From positions 42,877-106,876 of IMG/VR virus record IMGVR_UViG_3300003324_000465: 64,000 nt of DNA; one strand, given 5' to 3'. The notes under the pieces were generated by a model, which was not told the DNA's origin, made no database searches, and worked only from the letters and a program-made list of their open reading frames with translations. Made by a program: the position numbers and the translations under genes. The stretch comes from a virus. Within the stretch, counting starts at the first letter, position 1; every line of letters begins with the position of its first letter. Of this stretch, positions 41,930 to 50,962 are shown one piece after another.

Positions 41930-43428
41930 CAGAATTAAAATTAGGAAAAGCACAATCTAACTATTCATACATGGATCAAACAAATCCATTATATAATAGT
42001 GGGCGAAAAATAATACCCGGTTATTATGATGGATCTCAGAAATTAGGAGATTATCATAAAGACATTAAAACATGCAGATGGTTTTATACATTTGACCCTA
42101 TTGCTGGAACAGTAATAAATAGAATGGCTGATATGTCACTTACACAGATAAGAAACCGAAGAAAAACAAAATTTAATACTGATGGTGTTGACGATACTAT
42201 ACAAGCATTTTATGATGCTATAATAGATAAATTGCGGCCATTTATTAAAATGATGGCATTAGAGTATCTGTTACATGGCATGGCTGTACCAGAGTATACT
42301 TATGAAAGAATACGCGGCGATTTATTATCAGAGAGATTAGGAAGGAAAAGATATACTATACCCACAAAGTTTTGGATACGTAACCCAGATAATATACAAT
42401 TAAAGCGTAGACCGATGGGAACTGATCGTCAAGTATGGCTTATCATTCCAAAAGATGATATAGATTTAATCATGGGTAAAGGTATACGATCAGATGGAAC
42501 ACAAGATAAAGAAGCATATCAGTTTCTTGTAGATAATTTTCCTGACTATGTTAGAGCAGTTCTTAATGGCGCGACTAAATTTTTACTAGAAGACGCACGC
42601 CCGATTATGCGCAAAATCGTATCATATGAAGATTATCCCGCTCCATTCTTGCGTAATGCTTTAAGTGCTTTACAACATAAAGCATATTTAAAAACAATGG
42701 ATAAATCTATAGCTTCGCGTGCTATTGAAGCTATAAGATTGTTTAAAACCGGAGATAAAGATCATCCTGCCGATAATGACGATATTAAAGCACTGGAACT
42801 CCAAGTAACACAGAATAGTAGCTCAGGTGAAAGGGTACTTAATTTATTCACAAATCATACGGTTACTGGAGAATGGATTTTCCCTCCATTAGAAACATTA
42901 ATGAGTGAGGAGAAATATGCAGAACCTAATGCAGATATTTTCTTAGCTATGGGATTTCCTAGAATATTAACAACAGGTGAAACATTACGTAGTAATAGTA
43001 GCGACAGTAAAATAGCCTCATTAGGTCCAAAAGCAACGTTAGATGATTTAAGAGATGCTATTATCGTATGGCTGAAACAGTTATATGCAGAAATAGCAGA
43101 TAAAAATAATTTAACACGTATACCAGAACCTTATTTTAGTCCTATTGCCACAAGTGATTATACTGCGTTAGTACAGTTTGCCATTCAAGCATTGCAAGCT
43201 GGTGCTATTAGTAAAGACACAGTTGCGCAGTTATATAGCTCTGATTATGAAACAGAAGCAGATCAGATCGAAGCAGAAATTGAGCGCGGTGTACCATCTC
43301 CTGCTGAATTACAAATGCAGAAGCAGCAAGAATTTACAAGAGAAACAACACAACAAGCACAAGAATTTCAAGCAAAACAATCTGATAAACAGTTACAGCA
43401 TGATAAACAGATTAGAAAAGGTGAATAA
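41926..43428 (+). CDS. portal protein
   Basis: 500 aa, coupled to terL; FYTFDPIAGTVINRM, YLLHG, AMGFPRIL. Confidence 0.8.
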   Translation: MTELKLGKAQSNYSYMDQTNPLYNSGRKIIPGYYDGSQKLGDYHKDIKTCRWFYTFDPIAGTVINRMADMSLTQIRNRRKTKFNTDGVDDTIQAFYDAIIDKLRPFIKMMALEYLLHGMAVPEYTYERIRGDLLSERLGRKRYTIPTKFWIRNPDNIQLKRRPMGTDRQVWLIIPKDDIDLIMGKGIRSDGTQDKEAYQFLVDNFPDYVRAVLNGATKFLLEDARPIMRKIVSYEDYPAPFLRNALSALQHKAYLKTMDKSIASRAIEAIRLFKTGDKDHPADNDDIKALELQVTQNSSSGERVLNLFTNHTVTGEWIFPPLETLMSEEKYAEPNADIFLAMGFPRILTTGETLRSNSSDSKIASLGPKATLDDLRDAIIVWLKQLYAEIADKNNLTRIPEPYFSPIATSDYTALVQFAIQALQAGAISKDTVAQLYSSDYETEADQIEAEIERGVPSPAELQMQKQQEFTRETTQQAQEFQAKQSDKQLQHDKQIRKGE

Positions 43429-43430
43429 TC

Positions 43431-44216
43431 ATGTCATATGAAGATATAAAACATTGGAATACGCCAGAAGAATTTAATACATATCTTTTAACGCTAAAAC
43501 CTCCTAAATGGTTTAAGATTATAATTAATCATCATACATATGAACCTACTGTAGATGACTGGCGCGGGTTATCTACAATGAAAGGTATGCTTAATTATTA
43601 TAAGAATAAAAAGAAATGGGACAGGTTTCCTCATTTATTTGTAGCGCCCGATGGTATCTGGCAAATGAATAAACTTAATGAAACAGGTATACATGCAAAT
43701 GCAGCAAATTCTATATCTATTGGCGTTGAAGTTGTAGGTAATTACGATAAACAAGTATGGCAAGAGCCAATACGTACATTTGCATTTAAAACAAACGCTT
43801 ATTTAGCTAAATGGGGTAATATATCTTTACAGAACATATTACCTCATAGACAATATAACCCATTAAAATCATGCCCTGGAAGAGCTATAGACATGAATTG
43901 GGTACGCCAGGGAACAGCAACATATTTACATACGGATTTGACTATGCGTAGATTCAAAGCACGTAATTCATTACCAGATGGTACGATAATAGGATATGTA
44001 AATATACGTCAAGCTCCTAATCAATATGCGTTAAAAGCTGGCAAAATATATCCCGGCGATATTATAGAAACAATTGCTATAAAAGATGATGAGCGTAAAG
44101 AAACTATATACGGTAAAACACAATGGTTACATATAACACATGGTGTGAATGCACGAAATGAAGATGTAAGTAATAGCGGATTTGCACACATAAGTCTTTT
44201 TGAGGAAATTACATGA
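43431..44216 (+). CDS. endolysin (amidase_2 plus SH3-like binding domain)
   Basis: INHHT, PHLFV, GIHA, SIGVEVVG, PHR, KSCPG; VNIRQAP. Confidence 0.88.
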   Translation: MSYEDIKHWNTPEEFNTYLLTLKPPKWFKIIINHHTYEPTVDDWRGLSTMKGMLNYYKNKKKWDRFPHLFVAPDGIWQMNKLNETGIHANAANSISIGVEVVGNYDKQVWQEPIRTFAFKTNAYLAKWGNISLQNILPHRQYNPLKSCPGRAIDMNWVRQGTATYLHTDLTMRRFKARNSLPDGTIIGYVNIRQAPNQYALKAGKIYPGDIIETIAIKDDERKETIYGKTQWLHITHGVNARNEDVSNSGFAHISLFEEIT

Positions 44217-44569
44217 AAAGTCTCGTAAAGTTCTACACATTCTTACATGACAGAGATGCAAGAATAGTAGAACTTTTCTTTTTAGGTCTTAATACATATA
44301 TACTTGCACTCATCATATTACCACCATATACATATTTTGGATGGCCTTTATATTCGCGGGCAATATTTCAAAGTATTGTTGTACTATTAAATATATTAGC
44401 ATTGATACAAAGAATAAAACGTGCGCGTGTTATAAGCTCAGTAGCTAATGCGTCAATAATGATATTTGTGGCAGCATCATTATTCAGAAATAGCAATCCT
44501 AATGCAGGTACATATGCACTATTAGCATTATTGGCAATATTTGTAACCTGGAAAATCAATATAAAATAA
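44213..44569 (+). CDS. membrane protein, putative holin
   Basis: About four hydrophobic segments next to the endolysin. Confidence 0.55.
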   Translation: MKSLVKFYTFLHDRDARIVELFFLGLNTYILALIILPPYTYFGWPLYSRAIFQSIVVLLNILALIQRIKRARVISSVANASIMIFVAASLFRNSNPNAGTYALLALLAIFVTWKINIK

Positions 44570-44575
44570 TACAAT

Positions 44576-44956
44576 ATGTTAAACCAATACCTACCAGTTA
44601 TATCAGCGATCATTGTAGCAATCATTACTTTTGTAGGTAATTATTACATAAATCGTTTAAAAACAACAGTTGACACAAAAACACTTGCCACGAATGCAAA
44701 TGATGCTTTGCGTGATGATCTACTACAGATTGTAGATCGTTACGAAAAGAGGGAACAATTTCTTACTGATCGTGTAGATAAACTTACTGATCGTGTCGAT
44801 AAAAGCGAAGCGACGAAAGAAGAACTACATGAAGTTATTAGAAAATTACGAGATGAGATAATTGCTTTGCGTACAGAAAATCAAAGTTTACGCAATGAAT
44901 TACAACAGACACGTTTAGAGCTTGAAAAATTCGAGCGTATGATTAAAGAAAAATAG
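44576..44956 (+). CDS. membrane-anchored coiled-coil lysis-cassette protein
   Basis: N-terminal hydrophobic helix plus long coiled coil. Confidence 0.55.
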   Translation: MLNQYLPVISAIIVAIITFVGNYYINRLKTTVDTKTLATNANDALRDDLLQIVDRYEKREQFLTDRVDKLTDRVDKSEATKEELHEVIRKLRDEIIALRTENQSLRNELQQTRLELEKFERMIKEK

Positions 44957-44968
44957 AGAGGCACATGA

Positions 44969-45409
44969 ATGAATTTTACATTTACACCAGAAAATGCAAA
45001 ACAGTTGTTAGCAATACTATCACCTATTGCAGTAATAATAGCTGGATATGTATTTACTAAAACCAATTGGAATAAGGTTGCTAAATCTGCGGTTGTTTTT
45101 GCAATATCAGCACTGTTAGCATCATTAAATGCATACTCCAGCGGTAATCTTGTAGATAATTTCTGGACAAACCTTACACAGATATATACATTATCTCAGA
45201 TAGGATTTTGGGTTCTATTAAAAGCTGCTGGATTAGAATCATATGTTGCGCCAAAGGATGCACTTATATCTAAAGCAAGTGATGAAGTAGCAAAACAAAT
45301 TGACGCGAACGTATCTTCTGATACAGCGCGGGCAATTCTTGATCCTGACAAGACTCCTGCATTAGATGTTAATGCTTTTGTAGTAAATCAGAAAACGGAT
45401 ATTGTATAA
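44969..45409 (+). CDS. putative holin
   Basis: Three hydrophobic segments; last gene of the lysis cassette. Confidence 0.55.
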   Translation: MNFTFTPENAKQLLAILSPIAVIIAGYVFTKTNWNKVAKSAVVFAISALLASLNAYSSGNLVDNFWTNLTQIYTLSQIGFWVLLKAAGLESYVAPKDALISKASDEVAKQIDANVSSDTARAILDPDKTPALDVNAFVVNQKTDIV

Positions 45410-45589
45410 TACATCTTAAGGTGTATAAAATAAATACATCTTAAGAACTATAGACAAAATCTCCACAGAGCTATATACTGCTAGATGTCAGGGAGACATA
45501 TGCTACGTCGGCACTCGTATATGATGTCACGTTAAAGCCATCTCCCTGACTAACAATGAAAGGATCGTTCAAAACTACCTCCTTAAAAT

Positions 45590-45646
45590 CTTAACTAAGC
45601 CTTAACGAAATTGGTACTTGACAACCTTCTGAAAGCGTGGTATGCT
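45590..45646 (+). promoter_or_regulatory. sigma-70 promoter of the tRNA/Y-RNA region with upstream CTTAAC direct repeats
   Basis: TTGACA(45618)-N17-TATGCT with extended TG; CTTAAC at 45590 and 45601. Confidence 0.75.
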
Positions 45647-45709
45647 TTCAGCAAGCAAGAAACATGACGACCAGAACAAATTAGGCTCGCAAGTTATCTT
45701 GCAAAATAT

Positions 45710-45781
45710 AGCGGCTGGTGTGGAAACCAAGAATGTCTCATAAGCAATCTAGCACAGGTTCAAATCCTGTAGCCGCTACCA
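45710..45781 (+). tRNA. tRNA-Met(CAT), reduced D arm
   Basis: AGCGGCT/AGCCGCT acceptor, CTCATAA loop, GGTTCAAATCC, ACCA; weak anticodon stem. Confidence 0.65.
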
Positions 45782-45857
45782 CAGTAACGTTTAATCATTA
45801 CGACGTTACGCTACAAAATAAACAGTTTGGTGCATACGAGAAACGGAATGCACACAT

Positions 45858-45936
45858 GGGATGCCATGGTGTCGATTAGGCGTAAAAACCAAAGTGAGCG
45901 CTTAACATGCGAGTTCGAGTCTCGTGCATTCCACCA
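45858..45936 (+). ncRNA. tRNA-like RNA without a canonical anticodon loop
   Basis: GGGATGC/GCATTCC-ACCA acceptor and GCGAG-TTCGAGT-CTCGT T arm, but no 7-nt anticodon loop. Confidence 0.55.
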
Positions 45937-46133
45937 AAATATTTGACAAGTTCCATCAGTAAAAATACTGGCGCGCTTATTGATAACAGTTTACCGTATA
46001 AGATATATCTGAATACGGAACGTATGTTGCAAGCGTAATACATGCACTTCACATTGAGCAATTGCATGACGTGAGATGTGATAGTATATGGACATGCAAA
46101 ATAATTGTGAATCACATTATAGAAAGGTATATA

Positions 46134-46328
46134 ATGTTTAATTGGTATATTGCAATTATAGTTTTCATTAGTTTTCTAAATTTACTTTACATCCCGTTTG
46201 ATCCTATTACTAAACGTTTAGCTTGGTGGGAAATTGTATTAAAATTTGTACTTGATGTACTAAGAGTAGCGGTTGTTTGGTCTATTATCTTTGCTTTTAT
46301 AAAGCTTATGATGTGGGTATTTTCTTGA
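46134..46328 (+). CDS. small membrane protein
   Basis: AAAGG SD before MFNWY; two hydrophobic segments. Confidence 0.55.
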   Translation: MFNWYIAIIVFISFLNLLYIPFDPITKRLAWWEIVLKFVLDVLRVAVVWSIIFAFIKLMMWVFS

Positions 46329-46335
46329 TGTATAT

Positions 46336-46420
46336 GCAAGTGTAGCGTAATTGGTAACGCATCACTCTGTAAAAGTGACACCTAAGGGCATTGTAGGTTC
46401 GAGTCCTATCACTTGCACCA
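46336..46420 (+). tRNA. tRNA-Tyr(GTA)
   Basis: Full cloverleaf, TCACT-CTGTAAA-AGTGA, long variable arm, CCA. Confidence 0.9.
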
Positions 46421-46685
46421 CTGATATAAAGTAAAACGGCTACAGAGTTATGTAGCACTTTATATCAAATCATTGGAATACTAGCTGCGAGTTACACGCG
46501 CCGTAACCTTGTATTCCATTTAATCAGCGCGGTTTGTACGTTAAACGGATAAGGAGTTAAAGGAAACGTACATGTAGGTTTGTGTCGTTTATAATAAAGC
46601 GTAGGAGAGTGCGTATGGATTATACTCGTTACTGATTTACATTTTATGCCGTGAATATTCTAGATAATTCCCGGCCCATTATTAT

Positions 46686-46759
46686 ACAGAATGAAGTGTA
46701 ATGGTAGCACCCGTATTTTGGGAATATGGAGAGCAGTTCGATTCTGACATTCTGTACCA
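46686..46759 (+). tRNA. tRNA-Pro(TGG)
   Basis: CGTAT-TTTGGGA-ATATG, GTTCGATTC, CCA; weak T stem. Confidence 0.8.
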
Positions 46760-46995
46760 TTAAATAACATAGGCTATGCCAGTGTGTACGCTTAAGCAAC
46801 AATGCTTCTCTGAATCAAGCACATGTGAGAAGATGTTATTTATATCAGTGAATATAATGTAAGCACTTATAAGAGTGATTCCTTATAAGATAGACGCGGG
46901 CAAAATATTCAAAAGACAAGATCATAATAGATTAAAATTTATTTCATCTCTATTGTTTATTACGGATAATATCAATCTATTATGATCATCATTAT

Positions 46996-47070
46996 GCGTC
47001 AATGATGTAATTGGTAGCATATTGCTCTCCAAAAGCAAGCGTTAGGGTTCAAATCCTTATTGACGTGCCA
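46996..47070 (+). tRNA. tRNA-Trp(CCA)
   Basis: TTGCT-CTCCAAA-AGCAA, CCA end. Confidence 0.9.
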
Positions 47071-47207
47071 TATATAATATAGCGGTTTATAGAATTACAA
47101 CGCTTACCAAACACCAAGCTATAATACGTTCGATTCGTATATGGGCTAATGGAAAACCTCTCGCAAGAGAACTGCCCACATATTCTATAAGATATTCGTA
47201 TTATATA
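47071..47207 (+). ncRNA. Y-RNA-like RNA 1
   Basis: Terminal stem, AGCGG, second stem, TACAACG, internal T-loop hairpin TACG-TTCGATT-CGTA, TATTC; upstream of Ro60. Confidence 0.75.
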
Positions 47208-47220
47208 AAACAAACACATA

Positions 47221-47331
47221 TACTGTAGCGGGAAAAATGCAATACAACGTTTATTTGATTAATAAAACACACTACGTTCAAATCGTACACTTGGGTTGGT
47301 TATCCCTTTTTGCTTTTTCATATTCACAGTA
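47221..47331 (+). ncRNA. Y-RNA-like RNA 2
   Basis: TACTGT/ACAGTA, AGCGG, TACAACG, T-loop TACG-TTCAAAT-CGTA, ATATTC. Confidence 0.75.
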
Positions 47332-47358
47332 ATTATAATATTTGCGGGCAATATTTAC

Positions 47359-47431
47359 GGAAACATGGTGTAAGCAGCATACATCTAGGAATAGATGAGG
47401 CGTAATGGGTTGGACTCCCACGTTTCCATCA
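47359..47431 (+). ncRNA. tRNA-like RNA with a GGAA-capped anticodon arm
   Basis: GGAAAC/GTTTCC acceptor, CATCTA-GGAA-TAGATG, TGGG-TTGGACT-CCCA. Confidence 0.5.
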
Positions 47432-47436
47432 CATAC

Positions 47437-47564
47437 AATACTATGTAGCGGAAAAATCCTTTACAACGAATAACATATGCCTTGTTAATGTGGTGATACA
47501 CGTAAAAATATTCTGCGATGCGCTACAGTTACGCATTATAGGATTTTTATATTCGCATAGCATT
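47437..47564 (+). ncRNA. Y-RNA-like RNA 3
   Basis: CTATGT/GCATAG, AGCGG, AAAAATCCT/AGGATTTTT, TACAACG, ATATTC. Confidence 0.75.
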
Positions 47565-47630
47565 CAAAAGAAAAAAAAACATTATTAAATGGTTTTATCG
47601 ACTTGCCAAATACAAGTATAATATTTAATT

Positions 47631-47768
47631 TTCTGTAGCGGATGTCAGCGATTACAACGCATTACGAGCGGGTGATTGTAGGTTCGAGTCCTACTGTCTG
47701 TACCATGTATACAGACATAGCTTAATGGCAAAGCACCTAAAATATATCGCGGGCAATTATTCACAGAA
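47631..47768 (+). ncRNA. Y-RNA-like RNA 4 (YrlA-like, permuted tRNA domain)
   Basis: TTCTGT/ACAGAA, AGCGG, TACAACG; T arm, then acceptor stem, then D arm. Confidence 0.85.
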
Positions 47769-47781
47769 GAACAATGATAAT

Positions 47782-47869
47782 AAGCTGCTACAGCGGAAAT
47801 ACAAGTACAACGAATATTTTTAGACAAAATTAACCGTAAACACCTTGTATTTAATATCCGTAGCAGCTT
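47782..47869 (+). ncRNA. Y-RNA-like RNA 5 (minimal)
   Basis: AAGCTGCTAC/GTAGCAGCTT, AGCGG, AAATACAAG/CTTGTATTT, TACAACG, ATATCC; followed by a T-run. Confidence 0.75.
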
Positions 47870-48155
47870 TTTTTATGATTCATCAGCCAAGTATTCAAGA
47901 AAGGATTTTTTATGCTAGATTTTTTTAAAGCAACAGAAGAAAATGGTTTGCGTTTTACTTCATGATGGTGATTATATGTGGATAACTGAAAACGAAGCAT
48001 TTTCAGGACAGCCTATTATTGCTACTGCAGTAATGTATAGGAATCATCCCTTAAGTGATTGGCAATTTGATGAAGAAAGTATCGATATACTAGATTCTAA
48101 GTATACTAAATAATTCGCGGGCAATTTATAAACCGTAGCAAAGGAATAAAATAAC

Positions 48156-49712
48156 ATGAGAAAAAATTTAACACAGGGATCAAAGAAAACAGTCAGTACA
48201 AAGCCGGTGGCACCAGTAGCCATGGGAGTAGCTCATAATCCTAATTATCGGTCAACACCAGTATCTTCATTTGAAGGCAATACTAACTATAAGCTTGATC
48301 CAATTGCAACATTGAAACTGGTAACTGCAAGTTCATTTTTTGGTGAGCCTTCTTTTTATGAAGGAAATACACGTACAGCGTTATTTGAACAGACAATTGA
48401 CGCGGCCCTTGATTATGATTTTTATGCGACACTTGATTGGGCTGGTGTATTACGTAATGCGTATTATATGCGCCTTAATCCTCAAATCATCATGACAAGA
48501 GCAGCAGTGCATCCAAAGCGTGGTGAGTTTACAAAACAATATCCCGGCGCATTTAATACATTTATGGAAATTGTTGCGAAAAGACCGGATGATCTTACTG
48601 CACAGGTAGAATATTACTTGTCAAAGTTTGAAGATCGTAAGGTTCATGGGGTTAAAGCCTCTCGTATGCCTGGAATTATGAAGCGTTCAATAGCACACCG
48701 TCTTGAGCAATTTAATCGTTATCAAATGGCGAAATATGCTAATCGTGGTATCGGTTTAATTGATATAGTTCGTTTAACACATGCTCATGGAGCATTAATT
48801 AACGAACTTATGAAAACTGGCGGAATTAGTATCGATGAGGAAGACCAAACATGGCGTACTATGCGTAGCGCTGGTAAGTCATGGACAGAGATTATTAATT
48901 CAGGCATCACACTAACACACCAAGATATACTTTTTCAAATGCGTTCTATTTTTGATTCTGTTAAGGGTGATACTGCTCAATATATTGCGGGCAAATTTCT
49001 TAATGGGGTCAAGAATGGTAAAATGTTCCCATATCAGTATTATATTGCTTTTCAGCAATTGAGTGAGGATACATTCAGTAATAAGATACTAGCGTTAGAT
49101 ACACTTCAAGAAGCCCTTGATATGTCTATTCGAGAACAGCCAAAATTAGGCGGAAGTGTTGCGGTTGTGGCAGATAATAGCGGATCTATGAATAATCCAC
49201 TTAAAGTAGACGGTCATCAAGTTACAGCAGCGGAAGTAGCTAATTTATCTGCAATTATGACAGCCTACAATGCTACTGATGGAGATGTATTCTCGTTTGG
49301 TACCACGTTAGCAAAGTTATCATATAGCAAGCGTGATGGTATAATGACAAATGCAAAACGGCTTGCTGATTTATCTACTGGATGGGGCACAAATATGGGA
49401 TTGTTCTGGCAATACGCTATACAACATAAAAAGAGTTATGATACCGTATTTGTATATAGTGATATGCAAGCTCTACCTGTTTCTGGATACGGTTATAACA
49501 ACGAAGTAAGAAACATGTATGACATTGTGAACGAATATCGCCGCAAGCTAAATCCAAAGGTAAATGTTTTCTACGTGCAAGTAGCAGGCTATGATAATAG
49601 TGTACAACCAGATAATACATATCGTGCAACTAACCTGTCTGGATGGACAGGTAAAGAGGTTATGTATGCTGCTGCTGTAAATGCTGTGTGGGATGAAGTA
49701 GATAGTAAATAA
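48156..49712 (+). CDS. Ro60/TROVE domain RNA-binding protein with vWA domain
   Basis: SFFGEPSFY, YYMRLNP, RPDDL, YQMAKY, DIVRLTH, FPYQY, vWA MIDAS ADNSGSM, GTN, YSDMQ, LSGW. Confidence 0.92.
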   Translation: MRKNLTQGSKKTVSTKPVAPVAMGVAHNPNYRSTPVSSFEGNTNYKLDPIATLKLVTASSFFGEPSFYEGNTRTALFEQTIDAALDYDFYATLDWAGVLRNAYYMRLNPQIIMTRAAVHPKRGEFTKQYPGAFNTFMEIVAKRPDDLTAQVEYYLSKFEDRKVHGVKASRMPGIMKRSIAHRLEQFNRYQMAKYANRGIGLIDIVRLTHAHGALINELMKTGGISIDEEDQTWRTMRSAGKSWTEIINSGITLTHQDILFQMRSIFDSVKGDTAQYIAGKFLNGVKNGKMFPYQYYIAFQQLSEDTFSNKILALDTLQEALDMSIREQPKLGGSVAVVADNSGSMNNPLKVDGHQVTAAEVANLSAIMTAYNATDGDVFSFGTTLAKLSYSKRDGIMTNAKRLADLSTGWGTNMGLFWQYAIQHKKSYDTVFVYSDMQALPVSGYGYNNEVRNMYDIVNEYRRKLNPKVNVFYVQVAGYDNSVQPDNTYRATNLSGWTGKEVMYAAAVNAVWDEVDSK

Positions 49713-49755
49713 AGGATAAAGGCGCGCAGAGATAATATCAAAGCGCGTTTTATAA

Positions 49756-49830
49756 TGCAGAATCAGCTAATAGGTAGGTTGGTACTCTCTGAAAGTGCCT
49801 GTACAGGTTCGAGTCCTGTTTCTGTAACCA
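49756..49830 (+). tRNA. tRNA-Gln(CTG)
   Basis: GTACT-CTCTGAA-AGTGC, GGTTCGAGTCC, CCA. Confidence 0.8.
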
Positions 49831-49841
49831 AAGGAATTTTT

Positions 49842-50081
49842 ATGAAACATTATATTTTGTTGTTACATACTTCTATACCTAGATATTTTGCGGGCGAGTT
49901 TATTTATAGTGATTTAGTAGATGGTACAACATTTGTAGAAATAGAATGGACAAAACAAATGTCCATGGCTACACCTATGACATATGAGGAAGTCAATCAA
50001 TTAAAAACATGGTGTGATCAGTATCGAAGCGAGTTTACACAAATACTAGATACATCTCTGGAAATTATAATGCAGCCGTAG
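49842..50081 (+). CDS. hypothetical protein
   Basis: AAGGA SD before MKHYIL; the ORF-track start overlaps the tRNA. Confidence 0.6.
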   Translation: MKHYILLLHTSIPRYFAGEFIYSDLVDGTTFVEIEWTKQMSMATPMTYEEVNQLKTWCDQYRSEFTQILDTSLEIIMQP

Positions 50082-50090
50082 AATATCTCT

Positions 50091-50177
50091 ATAACGTCAC
50101 CAGCGCCTTCCTAAGAGGCGATAGGATCAAAGTGGTATCTTGGTATGGGTAGAATATCCTGAGCCTTCTGGTGAAAA
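50091..50177. repeat. dispersed inverted-repeat-bounded element, copy 4 (inverted)
   Basis: Reverse complement TTTTCACCAGAAGG...CTGGTGACGTTA aligns with the ends of copy 1. Confidence 0.65.
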
Positions 50178-50203
50178 ATAATAGCAGAAATATTCATAAA
50201 AAT

Positions 50204-50270
50204 CTTAACTAAATCTTAACGAAAATTGCCCAAATTGCCTATTGACTCCGGTCCATGGGCGTGGTAATAT
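50204..50270 (+). promoter_or_regulatory. sigma-70 promoter with upstream CTTAAC direct repeats
   Basis: TTGACT(50242)-N17-TAATAT with extended TG; CTTAAC at 50204 and 50215. Confidence 0.75.
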
Positions 50271-50326
50271 ACACACATAAGAAATGACGACGGCGGAACA
50301 AGCGATAACAGACAGGAGAAAACAAA

Positions 50327-50419
50327 ATGAAAACTATTGTTCGCACTCCGAAGGGTAGCGCTCGTGTTGGTCCTATGACCGCTAAGTATCTGAAGTATAT
50401 CCAATACAGCGGCGCGTAG
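50327..50419 (+). CDS. 30-aa basic peptide
   Basis: AGGAG SD, MKTIVRTPKGSARVGPMTAKYLKYIQYSGA, hairpin at the stop. Confidence 0.55.
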   Translation: MKTIVRTPKGSARVGPMTAKYLKYIQYSGA

Positions 50420-50432
50420 TAATCTACGCCGT

Positions 50433-50962
50433 ATCTCTCACTAGTATGTTTTCCTAGTGCAGTATAGTGAGATGTATCTAAACTAGGACGCGGAATAAAT
50501 GAATCGTAACAATTGCGAAACTGATAGCTAATTGCTTAGGCAAGCGGTGACGCAGATAGGTGTTACGTGGAGTTGTTAACTACTAATCAATGAAGCTGTA
50601 GGCAACATGCGTTATGTGGAGATTAGAATAATAGCTAACAGCGAAAGAGCAACAAGAGTCGCAAGCTCCGTGCTGTGGATTTGCTGCACAGCGTTAACAT
50701 GCAGAATGGGTACAATAGGTTATGAAATGTTTCTATTGTATGGCTCTGCAATAACATTTCCCGCGTTGTATTAAACTCGCTATTTGACGTACACGCGGTT
50801 ATAATAATAGTGATGGTACTCTGCCCATTTAGAGCCTTACCTTTAAGCTGTAAGCGTAAGTAATCAGCAGAGAGACAGCTATTGACAAATGCTCATGTAC
50901 GCTACTATAAAAATGGATGACACCACAGTAAAATACAGAGTGTAGCTTAGAGTTTGTCAATA
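50433..50962 (+). ncRNA. candidate large structured ncRNA (family unassigned)
   Basis: ORF-free 530 nt with nested stems, e.g. ACGCGG(AAT)AAATG/CATTTCCCGCGT and TATTGACAAA/TTTGTCAATA. Confidence 0.45.

Noticed and set aside
47071-47869. Repeated AGCGG...TACAACG units as a CRISPR array
   Set aside because: Conserved blocks are only 5-7 nt, unit lengths vary from 88 to 138 nt and each folds end-to-end; adjacency to Ro60 explains them as Y-like RNAs
50433-50962. tmRNA or RNase P RNA
   Set aside because: No tRNA-Ala-like ends with T arm and CCA, no tag ORF, and no GAGGAAAGUCC signature
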